A stretch of DNA of 64,000 bases, taken from the NCBI GenBank assembly GCA_965203315.1, contig CBDBCE010000004.1:128001-192000 (forward strand), given 5' to 3'. The position numbers were made by a program, and so were the translations under genes. This document shows positions 31,076-41,513 of this stretch, piece by piece; position 1 is the stretch's first letter, and each line of letters starts with the position of its first letter. This DNA comes from Nitrosopumilus sp. GTDB lineage: Archaea; Thermoproteota; Nitrososphaeria; Nitrososphaerales; Nitrosopumilaceae. Under the pieces are notes generated by a model. The model had not been told where the DNA came from. It worked only from the letters and a program-made list of their open reading frames with translations, and ran no database searches.

Positions 31076-32482
31076 CACACTGAGCTTTGTACAATAGATG
31101 CACGGTCTCTGTGGGTTGTCATCATTAAACGGAATGACTCGGATATCTACTCCAGTCTCTTCCTTGATCTTTTCTTCACAGATATCGTTACCGCACCAAG
31201 GCGCGATGAGAAACCCGCCTTTTTTTACTTTTAATCTAAATTCATCATAATTTGTAACACGACTAGTGTTTTTCTCGGCTTGGTTCTCTGCGTTATGTAA
31301 CATCTGCGTTTGAATCTCAGATAATATGGATGGAATCTTGTCTAGTTTTGTAAACTCGAGTGCAAACTTTTGGTTATTATACCTAGTTGCAACAACAACA
31401 CTGCTCTTTGCTATATCTTTGGGACCAATCTCTAGTCGAATGGGCACACCTTTCATCTCCCAGTCATTAAATTTGAACCCTGGTGATAAACCATCACGTT
31501 CATCTATGTGAACACGTAGTCCCATACTTGCAAGTTTAAGCCTAATCTCCTCTGCCTTTGAGTGTACATCTGCAGAGTCACCACGTGTTATCGGTACAAT
31601 GACCACTTGAATTGGAGCAACTCTGGGCGGAAGAACCAGTCCCTGATCATCGCCATGTACCATTATCATCGCACCTATGAGTCGCCATGACACTCCCCAA
31701 GATGTCTGCCATGCAAAGTGTTCTACATTGTCCTTGTCTGCAAACTTTACATCAAATGGTATAGAAAAGTTCTGACCTAGATGATGCGAAGTACCCATCT
31801 GTAACGCCTTACCATCGGGCAAGATTGCCTCTATCGTTGTTGTATATATTGAACCAACAAACTTTTCTTGTTCACTCTTTTTTCCTGGAATGACAGGTAT
31901 TGCCAACTCTTCTTCAACGATACTCTTATAGATCATCAAGATCTTTAAGACCTCTTCTTCCGCTTCTGCTTGTGTTGCGTGTACGGTGTGACCCTCTTGC
32001 CACAAAAACTCTGATGTACGAAGAAAAGGTTTTGTTGCCTTGATCTCGGCGCGAAGAGCTGTGTTCCAAAAGTTGATCTTGAGTGGTAGATCGCGCCAAC
32101 TTTGAATCCATTTAGAGTACAACGTATACGCAAGAGTCTCAGATGTTGGTCGGAGCGCAAGTCGATCACCCATCTTGTTTGTACCTGAATGAGTCACCCA
32201 AAAGACTTCGGGATTGAACCCGGCAAAGTGTGTCTTCTCTTTGCTGAGAAGTGACTCTGGTATCAATGTTGGTAGAAAACCGTTACGTATACCATTCTTT
32301 GCAAATCTGTAATCAAATGTATTACGTAGAGACTCCCATATCGAGTACCCATCAGGTCTTAAAACTATCAATCCTTTGACTGGAGCATAATCGGCCAACT
32401 CTGCCTTGATTACTAGCTGTGTATACCACTCACTAAAATCGTCCTCTTTTGCAACCGTAATTCCGACTTTCTCTTTATTCAA
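31046..32482 (-). CDS. proS: Prolyl-tRNA synthetase (archaeal type)
   Basis: DFSEWY, LRPTSET, FLRTSEFLWQEGHT, TSWGVSWR, terminal FARGY. Confidence 0.97.
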   Translation of the reverse strand: MNKEKVGITVAKEDDFSEWYTQLVIKAELADYAPVKGLIVLRPDGYSIWESLRNTFDYRFAKNGIRNGFLPTLIPESLLSKEKTHFAGFNPEVFWVTHSGTNKMGDRLALRPTSETLAYTLYSKWIQSWRDLPLKINFWNTALRAEIKATKPFLRTSEFLWQEGHTVHATQAEAEEEVLKILMIYKSIVEEELAIPVIPGKKSEQEKFVGSIYTTTIEAILPDGKALQMGTSHHLGQNFSIPFDVKFADKDNVEHFAWQTSWGVSWRLIGAMIMVHGDDQGLVLPPRVAPIQVVIVPITRGDSADVHSKAEEIRLKLASMGLRVHIDERDGLSPGFKFNDWEMKGVPIRLEIGPKDIAKSSVVVATRYNNQKFALEFTKLDKIPSILSEIQTQMLHNAENQAEKNTSRVTNYDEFRLKVKKGGFLIAPWCGNDICEEKIKEETGVDIRVIPFNDDNPQRPCIYCTKLSVSHPIFARGY

Positions 32483-32558
32483 ACTAACAAACTATTCACT
32501 TTTGTATTGGTTCTATAAACTTGATGCTCTTGATAAAAAAGGGAGTGATGATTTCGTA

Positions 32559-33035
32559 CTAGTCTTCTAATGTAGCACGTAACATCCAAGCTGTCTTTTC
32601 ATGTTTCTCAAGTAGGCCGGTCATAAAGTCTTCTGTACCAACATCGCCATACTCGTCACCTATCTTTGGTATATCTGCTCTGATACTCTTGATGATCGTC
32701 TCGTGATCTGCAAGCAAATTCGCAGTCATCGTCTTTGCATCAGGATACGTACCTGGATGTTCCTTGAGGCGAGTCTTTCTCTGAAACTCATCTAGTGACG
32801 CATCTACTTTTACTCCTAGTGCTCTTATGCGCTCTGCAATGTCATCCATGTCTGTAGCCAATTCATCATATTGTTCTTCAAAGACCTTGTGATAGTCGTT
32901 AAAATGTGGTCCTGTCACGTTCCAATGATACCTACGAGTCTTGGTGTACAGAACAAACTCGTCTGCAAGTAGATCTGTTAGGATTGCAGATATCTTTTCT
33001 CGATTTTGTTCATCGATACTTATGTCTGGTTTCAT
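32559..33035 (-). CDS. dps: Dps DNA-protection ferritin-like protein
   Basis: YHWNVTGPHF..H..FEEQY, DDIAERIRALG, HEKTAWML. Confidence 0.95.
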   Translation of the reverse strand: MKPDISIDEQNREKISAILTDLLADEFVLYTKTRRYHWNVTGPHFNDYHKVFEEQYDELATDMDDIAERIRALGVKVDASLDEFQRKTRLKEHPGTYPDAKTMTANLLADHETIIKSIRADIPKIGDEYGDVGTEDFMTGLLEKHEKTAWMLRATLED

Positions 33036-33130
33036 AATCTAATTAGGATTGATTATTATTTAAATGTTATTATTATTTAGTAATAATTATTTTATGAGTG
33101 TGATTTCTATATGATACTAAATATTAAATA
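33036..33130. promoter_or_regulatory. Putative Per/Fur operator in dps-fur divergent region
   Basis: AT-rich inverted repeats including TAAT-A-ATTA core at ~33081-33089 and TTATTA-N5-TAATAA. Confidence 0.5.
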
Positions 33131-33151
33131 CCCGTGATCTTTACCATATGT

Positions 33152-33574
33152 ATGGGCATGGATAATGCCATATCGGCTCTCAAAAAAGAAGGCTTTAGGA
33201 TAACGCCTCAGAGGATAGCAATTGTAGACTGCATTCTCAAGACCACCGAACATCCAACTGCTGAACGAATTCACAAGATTGTTAGACGTAAACACCCTAT
33301 GGTTAGCCTCTCCACGATATACAAGACACTCGATCTATTGAAGGATAGACATCTAGTAAACGAGCTAGAAGTGGGTGGCGAAACAAGATTTGATGCACAT
33401 ACGGACGAACATATCAATCTGATCTGTATGAACTGTTCCAAGATTGAAGATGTTGACGACGACTCTCTAAAAGAGATTCGGCAAAGAGTGACTGAGAGAT
33501 CACGTTATCATATTGTACGGGGCAACATCGAACTATTTGGATACTGTAACAATTGTAAATCTAAATTCACATGA
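33152..33574 (+). CDS. Fur/PerR-family regulator
   Basis: RITPQR, HPTAE, STIYKTL, HINLICMNC, CNNC. Confidence 0.92.
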   Translation: MGMDNAISALKKEGFRITPQRIAIVDCILKTTEHPTAERIHKIVRRKHPMVSLSTIYKTLDLLKDRHLVNELEVGGETRFDAHTDEHINLICMNCSKIEDVDDDSLKEIRQRVTERSRYHIVRGNIELFGYCNNCKSKFT

Positions 33575-33685
33575 TCTCTGCTTCATACTCTGATATCACA
33601 AACATTACTCAAACTAATGATCTTGTTCATTTGTGATATATTCTATTCAATAACGATGTGACTCTCATCTGGCAATCGTTCATGT

Positions 33686-33827
33686 AGACTGTATACGTAT
33701 TTCTTTTACCTCGTACAAATTGAGGTACAATGAAACACACCTGTGTGATTTCTAAAGGCAAATTGGTTTATTGTTGTCATGTTTTATGATTGGGCATAGA
33801 ACACTCTCAACAATACGCATACAGTCT
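33686..33827. mobile_element. MITE family A, copy 6
   Basis: Both TIRs present. Confidence 0.85.
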
Positions 33828-33912
33828 CTGTGTATCATTCTACAATAACCTAACGCTGTCTTGTGGATCTAGTACTATTTGTACATCTGTAAATAGATCC
33901 ATAACCATTGTC

Positions 33913-34242
33913 TCACGCGTCTTGATTTTCATCCCTACTTGTGTTTTGTAGAGCAAGTAAGATCGAGTTTATCTTTGACATGATATCTTGTTGTCTTTTG
34001 GGGTCTGTCTCCTCTTTAAGATCATTAGAGAGTGCGACAAGTTGCTCTCTCAAAACATCATCCGTCTGTGGTTCAACATTCTCTTGAATCTTACGCTCTT
34101 CAGGCTCTCTACCACAACATATGCACAAAGCATTGCCATCTTTCATGACTCTAACGCCTTGGCAATATGGACAAGGTTGGCTTAGTAGTGTTGCACCATT
34201 TAAGAGCAGCTTTGCAGCACGTTTTATTAGATTATCCGACAT
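33913..34242 (-). CDS. Autoantigen p27-domain (UPF0148) zinc-ribbon protein
   Basis: AAKLLLNGATLLSQPCPYC...CICC. Confidence 0.85.
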   Translation of the reverse strand: MSDNLIKRAAKLLLNGATLLSQPCPYCQGVRVMKDGNALCICCGREPEERKIQENVEPQTDDVLREQLVALSNDLKEETDPKRQQDIMSKINSILLALQNTSRDENQDA

Positions 34243-34388
34243 CTCTTGTTATTGGATATGTCTTGCTAAAAAATCCCGCTGTTGTAGGTTCTGTGAAGTT
34301 ATAGGGACATGAAAATTTAAGCGTGAAATCTCAAGATCATCATCTCATGTAAAATAAATTAAAATACCAGTCTATTTGATACAAAAAA

Positions 34389-34640
34389 TTAGGTTTGGTA
34401 AAAGTTTATAAAATATGGCTTGCCGTTTCTTATTTCAAAAATTATGCACAAATGATTTGTAAATTCGAGTTTATGATGACGCTGTTGTGGACATGTTTCA
34501 CAATCAGTTAAAGACAGTAAGTCATCTCTACCGTACATCCATTCAGCACAATAGAGAATTGTTTCTTTGACATCCTGATTTTGAGCATATTCAAGCTTAC
34601 TCTTAAAACGTCTGGTGCAATAATCATGTATATTCCACAT
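34389..34640 (-). CDS. RelE/ParE-fold-like putative toxin
   Basis: 83 aa; TRRFK N-terminus and hydrophobic IIFEI..FINFY strands; homologue at 46175..46449. Confidence 0.55.
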   Translation of the reverse strand: MWNIHDYCTRRFKSKLEYAQNQDVKETILYCAEWMYGRDDLLSLTDCETCPQQRHHKLEFTNHLCIIFEIRNGKPYFINFYQT

Positions 34641-34660
34641 CTAACATTCACCAAAAAAAA

Positions 34661-34780
34661 TTAATTGGATGTGCTTTTTTCTAAGCCTACTTGTTTATCC
34701 ATTTCAAACTGGACAACTATTTCCGCATCCCTGTCAGTCCAAGTGGTCTTGACTGTTTTGGGCTCTTGTGTTCGATCCAT
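34661..34780 (-). CDS. 39-aa peptide, putative antitoxin
   Basis: MDRTQEPKTVKTTWTDRDAEIVVQFEMDKQVGLEKSTSN; homologue at 46038. Confidence 0.65.
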   Translation of the reverse strand: MDRTQEPKTVKTTWTDRDAEIVVQFEMDKQVGLEKSTSN

Positions 34781-35332
34781 ATATAATATAACATAGTTCT
34801 ATATATTAAAGATTCCTATGATATCGCCGATACAGATAATGGTACCAAACTACATTAGCACCAAAATGGCATATGCTCGAGTCAATTGTTGATGATCTAC
34901 GTCTATTCAAAGATGAGCCCCCTAGATAGACGATCTAGATTGATTCAGAACAGTTGACATTTCATATTGAGGTTTGTAGCGAAATTAATAACTTGTAATA
35001 TTGTACAATCATGTTTTCTAAAGGTAAATTTTAAACAATTTTATACATTTTATTTATTTGCATAATAAACATATCAATATGAATAATGTCAAGTATACAA
35101 GATTATGCATTCAATATTGTAATTTGCGATCTTTCGTGGCTATGTTCTCAGGTCCCTATAACTTCACAGAGCCCTGCTGTATGGATATTTTTCTGTTCTA
35201 GAACATGTACACTTCACAAAATATTTCATCAATGTGTCTAGAGTATGAAAGTTATCACATGATCTATGCTGTGTTGTCTGAGACAACCCTTTATTCTAAA
35301 GACACAAATGAATCATAAAATGGATCAAATTT

Positions 35333-35424
35333 GGACCGGTCGTCTAGTTTGGTTTGGATGACGCACTCACACTGCGTAAGGATGATTCCCGCAAAGGTCG
35401 TGGGTTCAAATCCCATCCGGTCCA
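35333..35424 (+). tRNA. tRNA-Val(CAC) with 17-nt non-canonical intron (position 44/45; 35379..35395)
   Basis: GGACCGG/CCGGTCC acceptor, ACGCA-CTCACAC-TGCGT anticodon arm, GTTCAAATC T-loop; TGCG/CGCA central helix with 3-nt bulges. Confidence 0.88.
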
Positions 35425-35797
35425 TTACATAAAATCGGATCTTGTGGTTATTGCGAGATTGACTTTTGCATTGTGCTATCATAAATTACAACTGTAATTC
35501 AAATGATGGTGAGAGGTTCCACCATAATTGATCTATGAATGAATTATCTGCCTATCGCCTTGTCATTGGCTCTTCGTCAGGTCCATCATTGAACTCACGA
35601 ATTATGCGTGGGAACATCACTCTTTTTGCGTTATTTGTGATTCGCTTCATGTATGAATCAACATCTTTGATTCTATTATAGAACAAGGCAATAGTATGCA
35701 TATCGTGAATACTATAGCTACTTTGTATAATATTGATTGGAAAGCGAAATAGCCCTATATGATCTAATTAAAATGCAACTGAATCTAACCTTGTTAT

Positions 35798-35929
35798 GTG
35801 AAGGCTAGATTTAACGGCAAATGTGTGGAGTGTGGTGAAGCGATCAAAGTTGGAAAAGAGATCGCTAAAAATTCTAAAGAACAATGGGTACACAAAGCTT
35901 GTTCTGATATTGAAGATGAACTACCATGA
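35798..35929 (+). CDS. Small zinc-binding protein (43 aa)
   Basis: MKARFNGKCVECGEAIKVG...WVHKAC (GTG start). Confidence 0.7.
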   Translation: MKARFNGKCVECGEAIKVGKEIAKNSKEQWVHKACSDIEDELP

Positions 35930-36001
35930 TCGCATAAAGTGTACGATTTTCGATCATTTGATCTTGTAAATATTTTTAATGTGACTAGATCGACACTCGA
36001 C

Positions 36002-37336
36002 ATGATGGAAAAGTTTCTGATCGTTGGAAGTGGAGGCCGTGAGAGTGCATTTGCAATACATTTGGTTAGAGACGCACAACTATATGCTGTAATGTCTCAC
36101 AAAAATCCATCGATCATAGATTGTGTGTTGGAGACTGGAGGACAATACATAGTATCTGATCCAAACGATCCCGAGACTGTTTTGACGTTTGCAAAAGAGT
36201 TTGATGTAGATTATGTATTTGTGAATGCAGATCAACCTCTAGCCAACGGTGTAGTAGATCTCTTGTTGGATAATAATTTTAAAACTATTGGAGGAACAAA
36301 GGCTGCAACCAGAATCGAGTGGGACAAGATATACTCTATCGAACTGATGCAACGCATATGCCCAGAGTTTACGCCGTTTTACAAGATCGTATCTAGTCGT
36401 GATGATCTGACTGATGCATTATATGAGTTTGAATCAAGAGGAATACCCGTTGTTGTAAAACCGCAAGGACTTACAGGTGGCAAGGGTGTTAAGGTTATGC
36501 CTGAGCATCTAGAGACATATGATGACTGTAAAGACTATGCTGCAAAACTATTGGCAAGTGATGGTAAAGTCTTGTTAGTTGAAAAGTTGAACGGTATCGA
36601 GTTTACCATTATGGGAATCACTGATGGTCAAAGTCTAGTGTTATCTCCTGCAAGTTATGATTATCCATTTCGATATGATGGTGATCTCGGACCAGGAACT
36701 GGAGGAATGGGCTGTTTCACTAGTCCAAAGATACTGCCGTTTATGACTGATAGAGATCTTGTTGATTGTAAAACAATAATGCAACGAGTGATTGACGAGC
36801 TGAGAGATCAAGGTCTATTATTCAATGGCGTACTCAATGGTGGATTCTTTAAGACAAGACAGGGTATACGATTCATGGAGTTCAACAGTCGCTTTGGTGA
36901 TCCAGAGGTTTTGAACATTCTAAGTGTCTTGAACAGTTCTTTCTCTGATCTACTGATCCATATCTGTAATCAAACACTATCTGATGACATTGTATCATTT
37001 ACAGAAAAGTCTAGCGTTAGCAAGTATCTGGTAGCCACAGAATATCCTTCTTCTAGTGAAGAGCCACTGTCATTTACTGTAAACGAAACTGCAATCAAAG
37101 CGATGGGAATAGAGATACTCTTTGCATCGTGTATAAAGACTGGTGACCATCAATATCAGACTCTCAAGAGCTCTCGTGTTGTTGGGCTTGTTGCCACTGC
37201 CGACAAGATCGAAGAGGCATCTAGACTGATCAACGATGCGATCGACTCTCATATTGTTGGTAAATTGGAGTACCGTAGAGATATTGGTTCATCTGAGAAT
37301 ATTGCAAAACTGCTAGATGTGGCCAGAGATCTCTGA
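36002..37336 (+). CDS. purD: Phosphoribosylamine--glycine ligase
   Basis: GSGGRE, KPQGLTGGKGV, GPGTGGMG, EFNSRFGDPE. Confidence 0.92.
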   Translation: MMEKFLIVGSGGRESAFAIHLVRDAQLYAVMSHKNPSIIDCVLETGGQYIVSDPNDPETVLTFAKEFDVDYVFVNADQPLANGVVDLLLDNNFKTIGGTKAATRIEWDKIYSIELMQRICPEFTPFYKIVSSRDDLTDALYEFESRGIPVVVKPQGLTGGKGVKVMPEHLETYDDCKDYAAKLLASDGKVLLVEKLNGIEFTIMGITDGQSLVLSPASYDYPFRYDGDLGPGTGGMGCFTSPKILPFMTDRDLVDCKTIMQRVIDELRDQGLLFNGVLNGGFFKTRQGIRFMEFNSRFGDPEVLNILSVLNSSFSDLLIHICNQTLSDDIVSFTEKSSVSKYLVATEYPSSSEEPLSFTVNETAIKAMGIEILFASCIKTGDHQYQTLKSSRVVGLVATADKIEEASRLINDAIDSHIVGKLEYRRDIGSSENIAKLLDVARDL

Positions 37337-37547
37337 TCTCATCTGTATCGCATACTGTACGGTACGTGCTTTCTGTACAGTCGATACAGTACAGATACAG
37401 TACAGATTCATATCATATCAAATGTTATAACGATCCAACATCTTGCGTATTGTCAGACAGTATTGTCAGCTAGTTCTGGTGAACCAAAATGAGAGTCTAA
37501 TATGAAACATTCATGCGTAAATTTTTTAAGTTAATCGTATTCATGTA

Positions 37548-37976
37548 ATGTTGTTGAAGACAAAAACTCTCATTATGACTATCGCAGCAGTGATGATGAT
37601 CGCAGCAGTTGTACCTCAAATCGCATCTGCTCAAGACCAATCAAACGCAGTGACAATAACTCCATTAAATGATGAGATCAGCATCAAAGAGATCGAACTG
37701 ACGATGAGTGTCCCTGTCGATAATACATTTCCTTGGGGTACAGTTAAAGGTGGACCATCCGAGTACGTGGAACGTTATCCAATAATCATACAGTTCTATA
37801 AAGATGAAGAGCCTGTACATGTTGCGCAGGTTGGCGTAAAAGGAGACGGTTCTTACGAGTATCGATTTCGAGCTGGGATGCTAGATTCTGAAACAGGCAA
37901 GTTTGTGAACTTTTTTAGTGGTGACTATACAGTAAAGATATTTCGTGTAGTTCCAAATACTACTCAAACTGTCTAA
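37548..37976 (+). CDS. Secreted hypothetical protein
   Basis: Signal peptide; GDGSYEYRF..GDYTVKI Ig-like pattern. Confidence 0.75.
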   Translation: MLLKTKTLIMTIAAVMMIAAVVPQIASAQDQSNAVTITPLNDEISIKEIELTMSVPVDNTFPWGTVKGGPSEYVERYPIIIQFYKDEEPVHVAQVGVKGDGSYEYRFRAGMLDSETGKFVNFFSGDYTVKIFRVVPNTTQTV

Positions 37977-38051
37977 TTTTTTTAACTATTATACAACGTG
38001 ATACAATATCTACTCCGCTGAACTCTTATATCGAATATTCTGCATCGTTGT

Positions 38052-38591
38052 ATGAGTAAGAACTTTTGGCATGACATTGAATCTGGAACAGATGTACCAG
38101 AGATAATCAACGTTATAGTTGAGATACCAAAAGGTTCTATGAACAAATACGAGTACGACAAGACGCACAACATGATAAAACTAGATCGTGTCCTTTTTTC
38201 TCCATTTCATTACCCTGGTGACTATGGAATAGTTCCACAAACACTCTCTGAGGACGGTGATCCTCTAGACGCTCTAGTGCTAGTTACAAATCCAACATAT
38301 CCTGGAATATTGATAGAGGCGAGACCAATAGGTCTGTTGCAGATGCGTGATGACGGTAAATTGGATGATAAGATAGTATGTGTTTCAATAAATGACCCTA
38401 GATATCTACACACAAATGATATCTCTGACATTGAAGATCACTATCGTTCTGAGACTGCCCACTTTTTTCAAGTGTATAAAGATCTGGAGGGGAAGAAAGT
38501 TGATATCTTGGGCTGGAAGTCTGCTAAAGAAGCAAAACTAGTTGTGATCGAGTCGATAAAGCGCTACAAGAACACGTTAAAAAAATTCTAG
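38052..38591 (+). CDS. ppa: Inorganic pyrophosphatase (family I)
   Basis: EIPKGS.NKYE, LDRVL, DGDPLDAL, DDKI. Confidence 0.96.
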   Translation: MSKNFWHDIESGTDVPEIINVIVEIPKGSMNKYEYDKTHNMIKLDRVLFSPFHYPGDYGIVPQTLSEDGDPLDALVLVTNPTYPGILIEARPIGLLQMRDDGKLDDKIVCVSINDPRYLHTNDISDIEDHYRSETAHFFQVYKDLEGKKVDILGWKSAKEAKLVVIESIKRYKNTLKKF

Positions 38592-38795
38592 TATTGCAAC
38601 CATGTATAATCCAGCGTTTGAGTTCTGTAAAAATCAAGTAGCATGATGTATTGATCTATGATTTGGATTAAAGTATGTGTAGATGTAACTTCTACATTTG
38701 AGTATTAGCTGTTTACTGCCTGTTAATTCATCAATAGTTCATCGTCATGGTCAAGTTCCAATTGATTTTTTAATGGTCATATTACACACTATCTT

Positions 38796-40553
38796 ATGTA
38801 TAAATCAGGACCGTGGAGTCTAGATGAGATTACTATTGATCCTAACAGTGATGAATTTCAACAAAAGATTAAAGACATGCAACGAGACGTATCTAAATTT
38901 AAAAAGACTACACTATCATCAAATATCTCATCAAAAAAGTTCGTCAAAATATTAAATGATATAGAAAATATCTCGTCTCAGAGAAGCAAGCTAGTCGGTT
39001 ATGCACATTTGTCACATGCTGCCAATACCCAGTCTGATGAAGCGACAACACTGTTGACTCGAATGTCTGTCTTAAACTCTGAGATTGCAAATCAGACGCT
39101 GTTCTTTGATTTGTGGTGGAAGCGTCTTGATAAACGAAACGCGAATCGTCTCACAAAGAGTGCTGGTAATCTGCAAGAGTATCTTAAACACAAACGAATG
39201 ATCGCAAAGTACACTCTAAGTGAACCAGAAGAAAAGATAATCAACACTTTGGATGTGACTGGAGCATCTGCCCTCGTAAAATTGTATGACAAGATAACCA
39301 ACGTCTTTGAGTACCAAATGAAGATAAAATCCAAGATTCGAAAGATGACTCGAGAAGAACTAACAAACTATGTACGTAGTAATAATGCCAATACACGTCG
39401 TACTGCGTACAAAACAATTCTTACAAAGTATGATCAAAGCCGTGGTGTTTTGGGCGAAATTTATCAAAACCTCGTCTTAAATTGGCGAGATGAAGGACTC
39501 AGGATTCGTGGATATGACTCACCAATATCGATGCGAAACATTGCAAACAATATCGATGATGAGACCATCAAGTCTCTTTTAGAGACCTGTGAACGAAACA
39601 GATCTGTGTTTCAAAGATTCTTTGTCCAAAAAGCCAAGATGCTAAAGATGAAACGTCTACGACGATACGACATATACGCTCCAATATCCAAATCTTATAA
39701 ACATCAATACTCGTATGACGCAGCCGTCAAGCTGGTTTTAGAGTCGTTTGGAAAGTTCAGTGATACGTTAAAAGATTATGCAGAGAGAGTCTTTGAACAG
39801 AATCATGTAGACTCTGAGATAAGACTCGGCAAGCGTGATGGCGCCTTTTGTAGTACGCTTGCACCTGATGTCACACCGTTTGTACTACTGAACTTTACTG
39901 GTCAAACTAGAGATGTCTTTACACTCGCACACGAGATTGGTCATGCTGTACATAGTCAAGCAGCTGAAAAACACTCTATTCTAGTTCAAGATGCACCATT
40001 GCCCATATCAGAGACTGCGTCAACTTTTGGTGAATTGTTACTGTATCATAACATGTCAGAACAAGTATCTAACAAACAAAAGATGATCATGCTAGCTGAA
40101 AAGATCGATGATCTATACGCTACGATAATGCGCCAATCATTCTTTACTATATTTGAGGTAACTGCACACGAGCAGATAGATAAAGGAAGCACAATTGAAC
40201 AGATCTCGAATACATATCTTGAGAATATAAAATCTCAGTTTGGAACTGCTGTTGAGGTATCTGATGATTTTGCAGTAGAGTGGTCGTGTATCCCACACTT
40301 TTTTCATACGCCGTTCTATTGTTATGCCTACTCGTTTGGCAACCTCTTGACTCTATCTCTATTTCAACGATATCTAAAAGAAGGCAAAGACTTTGTACCT
40401 TCGTATATCGAGATCCTCACTGCCGGTGGAACGCAAAAACCAGAAACTCTGCTTGACAAATATGGATTTGATATACGCTCTTCAAAGTTTTGGCAACAGG
40501 GTTTTGACTATATAGATTCACAGATACATGAACTAGAATCATTAAGGGGCTGA
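38796..40553 (+). CDS. pepF: Oligoendopeptidase F (M3B)
   Basis: GKRDGAFC, TLAHEIGHAVH, ETAST, IPHFFHTPFYCYAY. Confidence 0.92.
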   Translation: MYKSGPWSLDEITIDPNSDEFQQKIKDMQRDVSKFKKTTLSSNISSKKFVKILNDIENISSQRSKLVGYAHLSHAANTQSDEATTLLTRMSVLNSEIANQTLFFDLWWKRLDKRNANRLTKSAGNLQEYLKHKRMIAKYTLSEPEEKIINTLDVTGASALVKLYDKITNVFEYQMKIKSKIRKMTREELTNYVRSNNANTRRTAYKTILTKYDQSRGVLGEIYQNLVLNWRDEGLRIRGYDSPISMRNIANNIDDETIKSLLETCERNRSVFQRFFVQKAKMLKMKRLRRYDIYAPISKSYKHQYSYDAAVKLVLESFGKFSDTLKDYAERVFEQNHVDSEIRLGKRDGAFCSTLAPDVTPFVLLNFTGQTRDVFTLAHEIGHAVHSQAAEKHSILVQDAPLPISETASTFGELLLYHNMSEQVSNKQKMIMLAEKIDDLYATIMRQSFFTIFEVTAHEQIDKGSTIEQISNTYLENIKSQFGTAVEVSDDFAVEWSCIPHFFHTPFYCYAYSFGNLLTLSLFQRYLKEGKDFVPSYIEILTAGGTQKPETLLDKYGFDIRSSKFWQQGFDYIDSQIHELESLRG

Positions 40554-40708
40554 CAGCCCAACGCACGGACTGCCAGCTTTGTACCCCAACGGTTTGAATT
40601 CCGATGTCGATATTGCTCTACCGTCCTGTGATTTAAACGTTAGAGCCTAAACTCGTACATGTGCAGTTTAGTATGTGGCATCTGTGAGAACTTTTACTTG
40701 ACATCATC

Positions 40709-41236
40709 TCAGAGTATTGTTGGTTGACTTTTCTTTATTCTTTTAAACATCCAAATTAACTTTGTTCCAGATTTGATCGATTTTGTAAATTTAAGATTCT
40801 CATATAACTTTGTCTTGGTTTGTATGTAGGATGATATACCTACATCCAATTTTATGACTAGTTCTTCTAGCTAGTCCTACAATAAATTTAACTATCATTC
40901 TTCCGAGACCTTTATGTCTAAACGGTTTATCAATACCCATCTACCCCAACAATATGCAAGTGTATGTAGTAATCGATATTTTACTAACTATCTTTCACTC
41001 AAATGCTTTGTTGATATTCCATTCATAAATAATGTGAAACACCCAACCAAATTATTTTCGTATAGTACAACAAAGAGAGAGCACAAGTCACTGTCTAAAA
41101 AATGCTTTACTTTGGTCTTGAAAAAATTATCTACATTTAAGGGATCTGATCCATCATCTTCTGTAAAATCCAATTTAGCGATATCATCGCCATGATTATA
41201 TTCTCTTATGAGTATGGAATTCGTATTTAACGTCAT
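40709..41236 (-). pseudogene. GNAT toxin (AtaT/TacT-like) pseudogene
   Basis: ...VGCFTL.. then CILLG*MGIDKPFRHKGLG...IGCRYIIL with stops and frameshifts; ATGA overlap with upstream gene. Confidence 0.75.
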
Positions 41237-41418
41237 GATGAATTTGTTTTTGCACACATCTCAGCATAAAATTCATCCGCCTCTTCCAACCACTTTATTT
41301 CGCTTTGAGTGAGTGGCCTACGATCATGCTCCAGAAATCGCTTTGCGTCATCACCAGTCAGCACTGGCATTCCAAGTAATGCAAAAGTGTTATCTGCTTT
41401 GACCTCATCCGTGTCCAT
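41233..41418 (-). CDS. Putative antitoxin of GNAT toxin
   Basis: PVLTGDDAKRFLE pattern typical of GNAT-associated antitoxin C-termini; translationally coupled. Confidence 0.65.
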   Translation of the reverse strand: MDTDEVKADNTFALLGMPVLTGDDAKRFLEHDRRPLTQSEIKWLEEADEFYAEMCAKTNSS

Positions 41419-41513
41419 ATTGTACTGTATATTTACGGCAATATAACGATTAGCCACATTACAAATTCATTCGTCTCTAACCCAGTGTCTAGGTCAAGCA
41501 CATAATCCGACAC

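Larger units (their letters stand above)
34287..35173. mobile_element. Non-autonomous IS6-type element with passenger genes
   Basis: 22-bp TIR GG(T/C)TCTGTGAAGTTATAGGGAC; 8-bp flanks CTGTTGTA/CTGCTGTA; no transposase seen inside. Confidence 0.85.
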
